In this document: piece after piece, positions 38,072 to 48,196 of the stretch
Numbering within the stretch: the stretch's first letter is position 1
How the letters are laid out: the number at the start of each line of letters is the position of its first letter
Virus record (IMG/VR): IMGVR_UViG_2531839531_000009
DNA: 55,409 nucleotides
Strand: one strand, 5' to 3'
Origin: a virus
Lineage: Duplodnaviria; Heunggongvirae; Uroviricota; Caudoviricetes
Made by a program: the position numbers and the translations under genes
The notes under the pieces: model-generated
The model's database searches: none
Seen by the model: the letters and a program-made list of their open reading frames with translations, nothing else
Told to the model about the DNA's origin: nothing

Positions 38072-38258
38072 CGTTCTGGATGTTGATCTGAACCGACTGA
38101 AAGAAAATCGGGAAGCAATGACAAATTTTTATGCGTCCATCCGTAAGGGCAGAGCGAAAGGTGAAGCCGAGCTACGGGCGGCATTGTTTAAGCTTGCCAG
38201 AAAAGGGGATGCCTTTGCCCTGCGCGAACTACTCAGGGTGGATAAAAATCAGGATTAA
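38049..38258 (+). CDS. hypothetical small protein
   Basis: Internal ATG of ORF 38007..38258; helical, basic. Confidence 0.35.
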   Translation: MTAQQIADVLDVDLNRLKENREAMTNFYASIRKGRAKGEAELRAALFKLARKGDAFALRELLRVDKNQD

Positions 38259-38261
38259 CTG

Positions 38262-39353
38262 ATGAGCAGACCGGACTGGGGGGCGTTGCAGCAGGAGTAT
38301 ATTGCTGAATACACCCGCTCCGGTATATCTCCGGTGGCATGGTGTGAAGCAAGGGGACTGAATTACGCAACAGCCCGTCGTTACATCAAAAAACCTCCGA
38401 AAAATGCGCAGACAGAAATGCGCAAAACTGCGCAAAAAAGTGCGCAGAAAAAATCTGCGCAGACTGCGCAAAAGCAGAACGGAAAATCTCAGAAAAAAAA
38501 GCCAGTATCCGATGCGTGCCTGAATAAGGGCGACACGGAGGAATTTTCGTTCTGTCCCGATGAATTCGGCATCTCAGAGCAGCAGACGAAATTTGCGATG
38601 CTGGTTGCACAGGGGAGAAAACTCGTTGAGGCATATCGCCTGGCAGGATACGAGTCAGAGGGGAATGCGGCCTACGTCACTGCCAGCCAGCTCCTAAGAA
38701 ATCCTAAGGTTTATCGGGCTATCTCATGGTTCCGCAATCAGTACCAGAAACGCTATACCGCAGACCTAGATTTACTGGTGAGTCAGTTGATGGCCATTGT
38801 CCAGGCCGACCCCAATCAGTTGGCACAATTTCGCCGTGTTAACTGCCGTTATTGCTGGGGCGAGAATCATCTCTACCAGTGGCGTGATATTGCAGAATTC
38901 GATAAGGCAGCAGCACAGGCCTCCAGAGATGGCAAACCCGAGCCGGAATATGGAGGCCTCGGCTTTGTTGATAACGCCATACCCAATCCGGATTGTCCGA
39001 AGTGCTGCGGTGAGGGAACGGGACAGCTTTATATGGCTGATACCACTCTGCTTGATGGGGATGCGCGACAATTATATGCAGGGGCAAAGCTCGGGAAATT
39101 TGGTGTTGAGATCCTGCTGGAGGATAAGGCTGCCGCCCGGCGCGAACTTATCAAGCTGATAATGGCGACGAAAGGAGGTTCTGCTAGTGGTGCAACTGAC
39201 AGTCGCAATGATCTGGAGCTTGAAGGACTGAGACTTCGCAACGAAAAGCTGCGCACTGAGATTGAAAACCTCAAAAAAGGCGTGGGTGGTGAGAATAACG
39301 AAATAATTATCCACAACTCTCTGCCGATGCCGGGAGTGGATAATGTCGATTGA
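38262..39353 (+). CDS. putative terminase small subunit
   Basis: 363 aa with N-terminal HTH (GISPVAWCEARGLNYATARRYIKK) directly upstream of the large terminase; contains a short AQK(S/T)AQK repeat. Confidence 0.55.
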   Translation: MSRPDWGALQQEYIAEYTRSGISPVAWCEARGLNYATARRYIKKPPKNAQTEMRKTAQKSAQKKSAQTAQKQNGKSQKKKPVSDACLNKGDTEEFSFCPDEFGISEQQTKFAMLVAQGRKLVEAYRLAGYESEGNAAYVTASQLLRNPKVYRAISWFRNQYQKRYTADLDLLVSQLMAIVQADPNQLAQFRRVNCRYCWGENHLYQWRDIAEFDKAAAQASRDGKPEPEYGGLGFVDNAIPNPDCPKCCGEGTGQLYMADTTLLDGDARQLYAGAKLGKFGVEILLEDKAAARRELIKLIMATKGGSASGATDSRNDLELEGLRLRNEKLRTEIENLKKGVGGENNEIIIHNSLPMPGVDNVD

Positions 39354-40671
39354 AATCTACCTCCCAAAACCTCATGAGGGGCAAATAGCTGCATGGACGG
39401 CGGCAATAGAGGAACGCTTCCACGCGGTATGCTGTGGTCGTCGCTGGGGTAATACGGTGATGCTGGTGAACATCGCTACCAGTTTCGCGACGCGGAAATT
39501 TGCCGTTCCTACCACCGGGCAGCTTATCGCGGGTAGGGTGGGGATTTTTACCGCACAATACCGACAGTACCAGGAAATCTGGGATGAAATTAGCGCCGTT
39601 CTGCAACCGCTGATCCTCAGTCAGTCAAAAAATGAAAAGCGCATCATTCTCCGGAACGGTGGCCGCATCGACTTTTGGGTAACGGACAATAACAAACTGG
39701 CCGGGCGTGGGCGTAAATATCACGCTGTGCTGATTGATGAGGCCGCATTCACTAAATCGCCGGAAATGCTCGAAGAAATCTGGCCCCGCGCTATACGCCC
39801 GACGCTTGTCGATTACCGCGGCTGTGCGTGGGTATTTTCCACACCAAACGGTATCGACGAGAGCAATTTTTTCTACGCGATATGCCACGATGAATCCCTG
39901 GGATTTGTCATGCACCATGCGCCAACTTCATCGAATCCGTATATTCCGAAAGAAGAACTGGAGGAAACGGAGAAGAAATCCGATCCGCGCGTCTGGCAGC
40001 AGGAATATCTTGCCGAGTTCGTGGACTGGTCCAAAGATGCGTTACTCGATGTCGATAAGCTGCTGGTGGACGGTCAGCCGATTGAGATGCCACCGCATTG
40101 CGACATGATTTTCGCAGTGATGGATACGGCGCTGAAAGGCGGGACCGAAAATGATGGTACTGGCATGGTGTATTTCGCTTATGAGTCAACGTATTCGGAC
40201 GAGCCAAAACTGACGATTATTGACTGGGATGTGACGCAAATTAAAGCGTCATTGCTTCCTGAATATATCCCCGGCGTTTATGACAACCTCGAGCGCCTGG
40301 CGAAATTATGCCGTCCGCGTCTGGGCAGCCAGGGAATTTTTATGGAAGACGCTGCGATGGGGGCAATCCTCAACCAGAAGGCGGAAACCGAAGGTTGGGA
40401 TATGACGCCGATTAAATCGGCACTAACCAGCAAAGGCAAAGACGAACGGGCGGTGATGGCATCCAGCTACCACTATCAGGGGATGTGCAAAATCGTCCGG
40501 GAGGCTTACGACAAGACCGTTTCATTCAAACGCACCACCGCAAACCACCTCATTAAGCAAATAGCCGGGTTCCACCTGGCAGACAAAGACGCACATAAAC
40601 GTGCTGATGACCTTTTCGATTGTTACACCTACGGATTGATTATCGCGCACGGTAATTACGCGGAATTGTAA
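39343..40671 (+). CDS. terminase large subunit
   Basis: 442 aa; Walker A-like CCGRRWGNT, Walker B-like YHAVLIDEAA, C-terminal nuclease-like region. Confidence 0.85.
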   Translation: MSIEIYLPKPHEGQIAAWTAAIEERFHAVCCGRRWGNTVMLVNIATSFATRKFAVPTTGQLIAGRVGIFTAQYRQYQEIWDEISAVLQPLILSQSKNEKRIILRNGGRIDFWVTDNNKLAGRGRKYHAVLIDEAAFTKSPEMLEEIWPRAIRPTLVDYRGCAWVFSTPNGIDESNFFYAICHDESLGFVMHHAPTSSNPYIPKEELEETEKKSDPRVWQQEYLAEFVDWSKDALLDVDKLLVDGQPIEMPPHCDMIFAVMDTALKGGTENDGTGMVYFAYESTYSDEPKLTIIDWDVTQIKASLLPEYIPGVYDNLERLAKLCRPRLGSQGIFMEDAAMGAILNQKAETEGWDMTPIKSALTSKGKDERAVMASSYHYQGMCKIVREAYDKTVSFKRTTANHLIKQIAGFHLADKDAHKRADDLFDCYTYGLIIAHGNYAEL

Positions 40672-40689
40672 AAATCTGGATTTTTTCTG

Positions 40690-42126
40690 ATGGCTGAGAT
40701 CGAGATTTCTGTAAATCTCAGTTCTTCGCTGATGCGCATTCTTGAGGCTGAAGAAATTCAGCCGGGAACCGACATTGGCTATGAACTGTGTAAACTGCTG
40801 TGGCAGTACCACCCGCTGGGCGGGAAACTTGTCGAAAAACCCATACTGATGGCGATGTGTAAGCCGCGCCAGTACAACGTGGAGACAGACCCTGACGAGC
40901 GGGTTGTGCGGCGTTTTCAGGAGGTATGGGAACGTATGAAGGTTAACGAGAAGATTAAAAATCTTTTTTTTCTGTCTCGTTGCTACGGTGCTGCAGCGAT
41001 CGGCGTGGGCACCGACAGTGTTTCATGTCGTGAACCGCTTCCGACGTTCGGACTGACAGAAGAGGATGTGTATATCAACGCGTGGGATCCGTTGAACGCT
41101 TCCGGTTCGATGGTGACTGACCAGAATCCAAACAGTCCGTTTTTCCAGGAAGCCAATAAAAAGCTGAAGATTGGCGGAAAAGACTGGCATCCGTCACGCA
41201 CACTAAAAATCTTCAACGGCACACCGATTTATCTGGAGTTTCAGAGTTCATCGTTCGGATTCACCGGGCGAAGCGTATTTCAGCGCGTTCTTTATTCCCT
41301 GAAATCCTATATCAATACGATGGAGGCGAATGATCTCGTCAGCCAGAAGGCGGGCGTACTGGTAGCTAAAGTTGTGCAGTATGGCTCGAAACTTGACGGG
41401 ATCATGGCTGCCGCCACGGGACGAAAAAGGGAAAACGTCAAAGAGGCAAAAAATAAAGGTGTGCTTAGTATCGGGAAGGATGAGGATGTTACCTCGCTGA
41501 ATCTACAAAACATCGATGGTGCGCTAAACGCTGCACGCGACAATATTATTTCCGATATTGCGTCAGGGAGTGACGTTCCGGCGATCCTCATTAAAGAGGA
41601 AGCCTTTTCGAATGGTTTCGGTGAGGGGACCGAAGATTCGAAAGCCGTCAGCCAGTATATCGATGGTGTACGCCAGCAGATTGAACCTGTGATGGATTAT
41701 TTCGAACGCCTGGTGCAGTACATCGCCTGGAACGAGGAATTTTATCAGTCGCTGAAAAATGATTACCCGGACATCATAACCGACGACTATAAAACCACGT
41801 TTTACCAGTGGCGACGTGAATTTACCGCGACGTGGCAGGAGCTGGTGGAGGAGTCGCCGGACAAACGCCGGGAAAGCGACAGTAAAGTGATTCAACAGGC
41901 GATAGCACTTTTCTCTGCCGTGTCGCCACAGGTTGATCCTGAAAACCGTGCCGCCGTCACTGAATGGCTGGCAAGCCTTGTTAATGCCACGCAAACCTAT
42001 GGCGAAGCTCCACTCATCATTGATGTGGGCGCGCTGGCGAATTATGAACCACCGAAGCAGGAGACGCCTGATGGCAATTTCCAGCCGGGCGGGGAGGAGG
42101 AAGAGACGGATCAGGACGCTGTATGA
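40690..42126 (+). CDS. putative portal protein
   Basis: 478 aa directly after the large terminase; acidic C-terminus. Confidence 0.6.
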   Translation: MAEIEISVNLSSSLMRILEAEEIQPGTDIGYELCKLLWQYHPLGGKLVEKPILMAMCKPRQYNVETDPDERVVRRFQEVWERMKVNEKIKNLFFLSRCYGAAAIGVGTDSVSCREPLPTFGLTEEDVYINAWDPLNASGSMVTDQNPNSPFFQEANKKLKIGGKDWHPSRTLKIFNGTPIYLEFQSSSFGFTGRSVFQRVLYSLKSYINTMEANDLVSQKAGVLVAKVVQYGSKLDGIMAAATGRKRENVKEAKNKGVLSIGKDEDVTSLNLQNIDGALNAARDNIISDIASGSDVPAILIKEEAFSNGFGEGTEDSKAVSQYIDGVRQQIEPVMDYFERLVQYIAWNEEFYQSLKNDYPDIITDDYKTTFYQWRREFTATWQELVEESPDKRRESDSKVIQQAIALFSAVSPQVDPENRAAVTEWLASLVNATQTYGEAPLIIDVGALANYEPPKQETPDGNFQPGGEEEETDQDAV

Positions 42127-42904
42127 GGTTCTGACGGATGCCGTTAACTACTACGTAAATCACGGGTGGGATAGCGAAAAATCATTGCTCGAATGGTGCC
42201 GGAAACTCCGTGTAGCCGCTCAGCGAGAAACCCCTGATGATACCGTAGCCAGAAAACATCTCACCGCTATCTACAGCCGTCTTGTCATCGACGGCGGGGC
42301 ATTACGGGATCAGCCTCCTGACGGCCCTAAAAAAATCACTGTTGAAAAACTGAAACCTGAGTTTCGCAAGGAACTCGACAGGCGAATTTTCGCCAGTGCC
42401 AACCTGATAAAACTCAACCGAGAACAGGCCATCGAGAAAACCATACAGCGTTTTCAGGGGTGGGTTACGTCCATTCCGCCTGACGGGGTGAGCGAAATTG
42501 ATCGCCGGGAAGTGAAGTCCAGTTTTCAGAAGTCCGTGAAGGATATGGATTTTATCAGTCGCCGGGTGGCAATTGACCAGGGGCATAAGCTGGCAAGCAA
42601 CGTTAAGTATCTGCTGGCTGTTCAGAGTGGTGCGATTGCTCTGCGCTGGCATTCGAACTGGCGGCGTCCGGGCTACAAATACCGACAGGACCACAAAGAG
42701 CGCGACGAGAAAATTTATCTCCTCCGCGATTCTTGGGCGCTGGAGCAGGGGCTGATTAAGCCCGTATATGGTTTTTATGACGAAATCACTGCTGCCGGGG
42801 AGGAGGTTTATTGCAGTTGCGATGCACTGCCGATCTACGCCCCTCAGAAACTACCTGACGAATTTTTAACGGAGAAGGGCAAACGTGAGTTTAACCGAGC
42901 TTGA
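42071..42904 (+). CDS. putative head morphogenesis / minor capsid protein
   Basis: Internal ATG of ORF 41933..42904; typical position after the portal. Confidence 0.45.
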   Translation: MAISSRAGRRKRRIRTLYEVLTDAVNYYVNHGWDSEKSLLEWCRKLRVAAQRETPDDTVARKHLTAIYSRLVIDGGALRDQPPDGPKKITVEKLKPEFRKELDRRIFASANLIKLNREQAIEKTIQRFQGWVTSIPPDGVSEIDRREVKSSFQKSVKDMDFISRRVAIDQGHKLASNVKYLLAVQSGAIALRWHSNWRRPGYKYRQDHKERDEKIYLLRDSWALEQGLIKPVYGFYDEITAAGEEVYCSCDALPIYAPQKLPDEFLTEKGKREFNRA

Positions 42905-44207
42905 AGTGGCAGAACGCATCAGGGACGGAACCGTACCGTCTCCGGTGAAATTCTCCAACATGTGGCTGGTGAATTTGCGAATAACCGGAACCGGGCTTGC
43001 CTATCGCGCCGGGCTGAAAGAGCACGTATGGCGTGATCCAAAGCTCTATCTGAACGAGGAGTTTTTAAGGCGATGCAATGGCCTTCCGGTTATCGCAAAC
43101 CATCCTGACGACGCAGTTCTGACGGAGGAGGATTTTAAATCGCGGATCGTCGGCAGTGTCATGCTGCCGTATATCCGGGGTGACGAGGTATGGGCGGTGT
43201 GCCGCGTTTATCTCCAGAGCATTGTTGAAGAAATCACTGAGGGGGATGTTTCGACAAGTCCGTCGGTGGTGTTCAACAGCACATCAGGAAATGTGGAAGT
43301 ACAGGAAGGTGACACCAATTTTTTAATCGAGGGCGTTCCTTTCCTTGTTGATCACATCGCCCTGGTGACGAAAGACCACGGCTCGCTGGGCGTGTGGGAT
43401 AAAGACCGGATCCCCGCAGGGGTTGAAGTGACAAATACAGGTGAAATTGAGATGGAAAAAGAAGAACTCCAGGCCCTGTTACAGGGGGTGGTTAACGATG
43501 CCCTGAGCGGCATTAATCAGAAAATCGATGGAGTAGTCACGCGCATGGACTCACTGGAACAGCGGGACAAAGCGCGGGCGGACGCCGAAGATCAGGCGAA
43601 AAAAGAGGCCGAAGAAAAGGCCAAAGCCGATGAAGCCGCAGAGGAACAGCGTAAAGCTGATAAAGCTGCGGCAAAGGAGGCGGAAGAAAAAGTCAAAGCT
43701 GACGAGGCGGCAGCTAAAGACGCTGAGGAGAAAGCAAAGGCTGATTCCGAAGCGGAAGAACAGCGTAAGGCTGACGAGGAGGCAGAAAAAGAACGCAATG
43801 ACTCTGCCCTGGCAGAAGCACAGGCTAAAGCCGACTCCGCATTCAGTGCCTGCGGTAAAAACGCGCCAGCACCGTTTTCTGGTGAAAATGCGCTGGACTA
43901 CCGCAAGCGTGCGCTAATCGCTATGCAGAAACACTCTCCGGCACATAAGGACGTCAATATTCGCGCGATTGCGGATTCTGCAACGCTGGCTGTGCTTGAG
44001 GACGCAATTTTCAGTGCTGCCCGTCAGTCCATCGAAAAAGAAATGATGAGTACGCAGGGGCAACTGCATAAACGTATCCGCAACGATGAAGCCGGGCGTC
44101 GCATTACTGAATATCAGGGCGATCCGAACGTCTGGCTAAGTGTTTTCAAAATTCCGGGGCGTCGTCTGGCAAAAATTAACACTCAAGGGAGCCTGAACAA
44201 TGGCTGA
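42885..44207 (+). CDS. putative scaffold/protease-like protein with Ala/Glu/Lys-rich coiled-coil repeats
   Basis: 440 aa, GTG start; central KADEAAEEQRKADKAAAKEAEEKVKADEAAAKDAEEKAKADSEAEEQRKADEEAEKE repeat. Confidence 0.5.
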   Translation: MSLTELEVAERIRDGTVPSPVKFSNMWLVNLRITGTGLAYRAGLKEHVWRDPKLYLNEEFLRRCNGLPVIANHPDDAVLTEEDFKSRIVGSVMLPYIRGDEVWAVCRVYLQSIVEEITEGDVSTSPSVVFNSTSGNVEVQEGDTNFLIEGVPFLVDHIALVTKDHGSLGVWDKDRIPAGVEVTNTGEIEMEKEELQALLQGVVNDALSGINQKIDGVVTRMDSLEQRDKARADAEDQAKKEAEEKAKADEAAEEQRKADKAAAKEAEEKVKADEAAAKDAEEKAKADSEAEEQRKADEEAEKERNDSALAEAQAKADSAFSACGKNAPAPFSGENALDYRKRALIAMQKHSPAHKDVNIRAIADSATLAVLEDAIFSAARQSIEKEMMSTQGQLHKRIRNDEAGRRITEYQGDPNVWLSVFKIPGRRLAKINTQGSLNNG

Positions 44208-44817
44208 TATTAACTTTCATCCGTTTAAAAACCGTGGAGCATTTGGTGGCCTTTTTAACGTCGAATCCCGTGGGCTGATGCAGGGGGATGCGCAGGATGA
44301 TCCGGCAATTCGTCTGCAACTTTGCTCCGGTCGACTGGACAGCAAAATCACTGAGCCGGTATGGGGTGGCGTTGGAGTTATGGAGTGCATTGCTCCCGCG
44401 AAAGACAGCGTTAACGGCGCGGTAATTAAGCAGGCTACACAAAACGCATGTAACGCCTTTACGGTCTTTAATCAGGCATTTCATGGCATTACCACGCCGG
44501 ATAATCCGGTGCCGTTATATCTCGCGGGTGGCTTTGTTCACTATTACCGCGTTGGCTCAGGTGCCCGCATTCCTCTCCCTGTCAGTGCAGAAGTTGTTGC
44601 GCTGGCTGATGGTAATAACACCGTTGCTGCCAGTGGTTTTGTGTGGGATCTGACGAAAAACATGGTTGATGTTTATTCGGGATCACCCGGAGCTAATCCG
44701 AAAGTGGATATTAAATTGCTGATGGTTTCAGTTGACGGAAACCTGACGGTGAAAAAAGAGGATGGCGGTAACGTTGTCTGGGAAATCGGCAAGCCGTGCG
44801 GCCTGTTTTTAATTTAA
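44200..44817 (+). CDS. hypothetical head protein
   Basis: 205-aa ORF between scaffold-like and capsid genes. Confidence 0.4.
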   Translation: MADINFHPFKNRGAFGGLFNVESRGLMQGDAQDDPAIRLQLCSGRLDSKITEPVWGGVGVMECIAPAKDSVNGAVIKQATQNACNAFTVFNQAFHGITTPDNPVPLYLAGGFVHYYRVGSGARIPLPVSAEVVALADGNNTVAASGFVWDLTKNMVDVYSGSPGANPKVDIKLLMVSVDGNLTVKKEDGGNVVWEIGKPCGLFLI

Positions 44818-44831
44818 GGGGATATTAATTA

Positions 44832-45860
44832 ATGAGCGCATTTACTCCTGCGACTACTATTGTGTCGCCGTCAATGGTGCTGCCGGAAATGATCGTGCAA
44901 CAGAGCATGGCTTCCGGTGCGTTTGAAGTCCTGGCTGGCGGTGCTCCAGCGGTAAAAATCAGTTCCAGTGATTTGATGGTCTATCAGAAATATTTACGTA
45001 TGACCTCGCAGGCGCAGGTCAGCCAGTCTCTGCCGGGCCAGTTGCCGTCTTCCAGTATTTCTGGCGGCTATGACGGGATGATGACTTACCGAATTTCTTC
45101 CCGCTCGCAATACAGCTATCTCGATACTGATGCAGCAGATCGCTGGGGCTATTCTCTGATTGAAGGCCTGCGCCTGGCTAACCGCCAGGGACACGCTCAA
45201 ATGTTGCGTAATATGCTGCTGTATGGTGTGAATGCAGCTAATAACGAGGGGATCACCAACTCCCCGAACGCAGTGACGCTGAATCTGGGCAACGACAGCA
45301 AAGGGAATGATTCATATACCACTTGGGATTCCGGCGAGATGGCTAAATTTATGCTTGGCCTGATTGCTGACCAGAAAACCCGCATGTTGCTGCTGGGGCA
45401 GCCATTAACGACTGTCATTCTGAGTCCGCAGCGATTCATGAAGGCGCTGGAGTGGACAGGAATTGTTGAGCTGACCAGTTACCAGCGTCCTGGTGGCGGT
45501 ACCGGAACGGTGGGAACGGTGGTTAAAGACGTCGCTGATAAGGCGACAGGCGATGACATCATTTTCTGCCAGGACGACACGCTGATCGGTAAAGGCGCTG
45601 GTGGTAATGATCTGATCATCGTTACGAACCCGACGATTGAGGTGCCGGAAGCGCGTCACGCCATTAACACCAATATCTTCTCCACGCTGGTTCCGAACCA
45701 GCAGGCCGTCAACGTGATGTTCTGCGATATGGCAGCGCCGACGGAGATCCCGTCCCCTATGCCGGATGGCGGCCTGACCACGTTGTATACCATGCGCGCG
45801 ACGCCGGGCTGGAACTTCCGCCCTGAGGGGATCACCCTGTTGTCTGCCAAATACGCATAA
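44832..45860 (+). CDS. putative major capsid protein
   Basis: 342 aa; followed by a strong intrinsic terminator, as is typical for highly expressed capsid genes. Confidence 0.55.
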   Translation: MSAFTPATTIVSPSMVLPEMIVQQSMASGAFEVLAGGAPAVKISSSDLMVYQKYLRMTSQAQVSQSLPGQLPSSSISGGYDGMMTYRISSRSQYSYLDTDAADRWGYSLIEGLRLANRQGHAQMLRNMLLYGVNAANNEGITNSPNAVTLNLGNDSKGNDSYTTWDSGEMAKFMLGLIADQKTRMLLLGQPLTTVILSPQRFMKALEWTGIVELTSYQRPGGGTGTVGTVVKDVADKATGDDIIFCQDDTLIGKGAGGNDLIIVTNPTIEVPEARHAINTNIFSTLVPNQQAVNVMFCDMAAPTEIPSPMPDGGLTTLYTMRATPGWNFRPEGITLLSAKYA

Positions 45861-45878
45861 ACGTTCAATCTGATAACG

Positions 45879-45905
45879 CGGGGAGCTAAATGCTCCCCTT
45901 TTTTG
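45879..45905 (+). terminator. rho-independent terminator after capsid gene
   Basis: GGGGAGC-taaat-GCTCCCC hairpin followed by TTTTTTG. Confidence 0.55.
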
Positions 45906-45917
45906 TGGGAAAAATTT

Positions 45918-46388
45918 ATGAAGCTCTACATCGCTAACTGTTCACGTCAGCCGCACACGTTCAACTACAAACTCCCCGAAAAAACGCAGTCGTTCGGTGT
46001 GACAATTCCGTCCGGACGTCAGCATATGATCGAAAATCAGTCCGATATTATCGACCACATCATCCGACAGCATGAGCCTTACGGATTCCAGCGTTGTGAC
46101 AAGGTGGACAAGAATTTTTCCGGTATCTGCTATTCCATCGATAAACCTGTGAGTGTCGGTCGCATTGAGGATTGCGCGGAGCAGAAAACGGAAAATCTGG
46201 AATCCATGTCAGAGGAAATTCTCGCGGCCAGCGCCGTATCGCTGAATAACGCAGTGGATCAGGCAGTGATTCAGAGCGGCGAAAAACCTCAACCTGGCGG
46301 TATTGAGATGGAAATCACCGGGGAAGCGATCAACACCGAACAGGAAAATCCGCCCAGCACAAAGCGAAATATTAAGGTTAAAAAATAA
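45918..46388 (+). CDS. hypothetical protein
   Basis: Internal ATG of ORF 45903..46388. Confidence 0.4.
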   Translation: MKLYIANCSRQPHTFNYKLPEKTQSFGVTIPSGRQHMIENQSDIIDHIIRQHEPYGFQRCDKVDKNFSGICYSIDKPVSVGRIEDCAEQKTENLESMSEEILAASAVSLNNAVDQAVIQSGEKPQPGGIEMEITGEAINTEQENPPSTKRNIKVKK

Positions 46389-46828
46389 TGACCCTGCGTC
46401 CGTCACTGGAGGGATTTATTCGCTTTGTTCGTGATGACATGAAAGTACCGGTTCACGCTATTGCTGACGATGATCCGACGCTGGAATGTTGCTTTCAGTC
46501 TGCGATGGAGGAAATCCCTCACGATCAGGGGCTGGAGCGTTTACCCATCATCTATGTGCGAACGGTTTATAACGCTGCCGCCTCATTCCTCCTGAATTTC
46601 GCCCCAGGCTCGTGGTTTGCTGACCTGAGAAAAAAACTCAACCTCGGGAAACTGGCTACCGGGCTTGTCAGCGCGGCAGCAGACCAGGGGACATCGGGTT
46701 CGATCACTATCAGCGACGCGCTGAGAAATCTGTCTTTGCTGGATTTGCAGATGTTGCAGGATCCGTATGGACGACAGGTTGTTGCGGTGCTGATGCAGAT
46801 GGGTACGGTATGGGGTTACACGCCATGA
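46388..46828 (+). CDS. hypothetical head-tail joining protein
   Basis: 146-aa ORF in the structural operon. Confidence 0.4.
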   Translation: MTLRPSLEGFIRFVRDDMKVPVHAIADDDPTLECCFQSAMEEIPHDQGLERLPIIYVRTVYNAAASFLLNFAPGSWFADLRKKLNLGKLATGLVSAAADQGTSGSITISDALRNLSLLDLQMLQDPYGRQVVAVLMQMGTVWGYTP

Positions 46829-47265
46829 AACTCTGTTTTGGTGTTGTCGACCAGCCGTATGACTACGGCGACGAACCGGGAAAAACCACGTTTGACGTGG
46901 CCTGTGACCTTGAGGAGCGATACGAAATTTTTACGCACTTCTGGGAAATGCATAAGGACGAGATTATCCAGGAGGCAGGTACTGAACTGGCGTACCAGTG
47001 GGTCAATCGCCTTAAACATAAGGCTCCGCTACCAGGCGAGCATTTTCTGGAAGGGACTGAGAAGATTTTCCATATTTTTCTTGAAACTGAAGAAATGGCC
47101 GGGATGACGATTAACGGAAACCCTGTGCCAACTCAGGCCGCGCTACTGGGCGTTAACTCCAGGCTTAAGGACAAATATACCGGAGAGCGGCGTCCGTCAT
47201 TCATAGACGGCGGCCTGTTTAAGGGCAGCTTTATAGCGTGGATAGATAACAATGCCGAGTCTTGA
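46825..47265 (+). CDS. hypothetical protein
   Basis: ATG overlapping the upstream stop (ATGA); alternative start at 46810. Confidence 0.4.
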   Translation: MKLCFGVVDQPYDYGDEPGKTTFDVACDLEERYEIFTHFWEMHKDEIIQEAGTELAYQWVNRLKHKAPLPGEHFLEGTEKIFHIFLETEEMAGMTINGNPVPTQAALLGVNSRLKDKYTGERRPSFIDGGLFKGSFIAWIDNNAES

Positions 47266-48196
47266 GGAATTAGCCGAACAGCACAGTTCGCAGCTCTCAT
47301 CCGTTCTTAAATCCGCAGTTGAAACCATCTCGTCAGACCAGGAAATCACGTTCAGGCTCTATGTCCGGCAGGTTCTGCCGCTGGATGGTTTTGTCTATTG
47401 GGTTAATGCGGAAATCATCAGTTGCGATGAACTGTGTCGCCTGAATATTGAGTCACCAACTCGTCTGAAAATCAAAGGCAGCCTGCATCGTCAGGTTATT
47501 GCAATTCAGGACGAGTCTGTCTCGAAGGATGTGAACAACATTATTTTCACGCCTGTTCAGCAGGTTGATGATTTTAATGTGGAAAATCCCGATGCGATCT
47601 ATCTCGGTGAGTACGGCGGCGTCCAGTTCGCTTTTTCACGAATGGAGAGCCGTTATCAGCAGTCGGGTATTTTTCATTATCGAGGCATGGCGATTTTACC
47701 AACTATGCGTTCTCAGATTATCGACTGCGAGGAGGATATCAGCGACGAGCAGATCATCTCCAACAGCATCCCGATCTGGCTGCAAATGAAAGATGCCGCG
47801 ACCGTGTATCCGTCTTACCTGGTACCTCAGAACCTTCGCCCTCCGTATATCGCGGTGGATGTTCGCAACAGTATTCCGTTGCAGGTGGCTCCCGTTGTTT
47901 TCGGTGGTGAGCGATTCCAGCTCGTCCAGGATTCGGTTCGCCTGACGCTTTACGGATTCAGCAACAAAATGGCGCTGGATCTTGTCGACTCGGTGGTGAA
48001 CAGGGCGCTGGAGGAGGAAAAGTTTGGTGTAACCAATATTCCGGTGGTTCAGGACGCAAAGTCGGGACAGGTTGAAATCAACGCTCTGGCGAAGAAAAAG
48101 ATTGTCGATTTTGACGTGAATTACTACCAGAGCACCGCTCGGGAAATATCCCGGCAGTTGATTGAAAAAGTTATTTGTAAATATGAGGTTAAATAA
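47252..48196 (+). CDS. hypothetical structural protein
   Basis: 314-aa ORF; stop overlaps the next start. Confidence 0.4.
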   Translation: MPSLEELAEQHSSQLSSVLKSAVETISSDQEITFRLYVRQVLPLDGFVYWVNAEIISCDELCRLNIESPTRLKIKGSLHRQVIAIQDESVSKDVNNIIFTPVQQVDDFNVENPDAIYLGEYGGVQFAFSRMESRYQQSGIFHYRGMAILPTMRSQIIDCEEDISDEQIISNSIPIWLQMKDAATVYPSYLVPQNLRPPYIAVDVRNSIPLQVAPVVFGGERFQLVQDSVRLTLYGFSNKMALDLVDSVVNRALEEEKFGVTNIPVVQDAKSGQVEINALAKKKIVDFDVNYYQSTAREISRQLIEKVICKYEVK

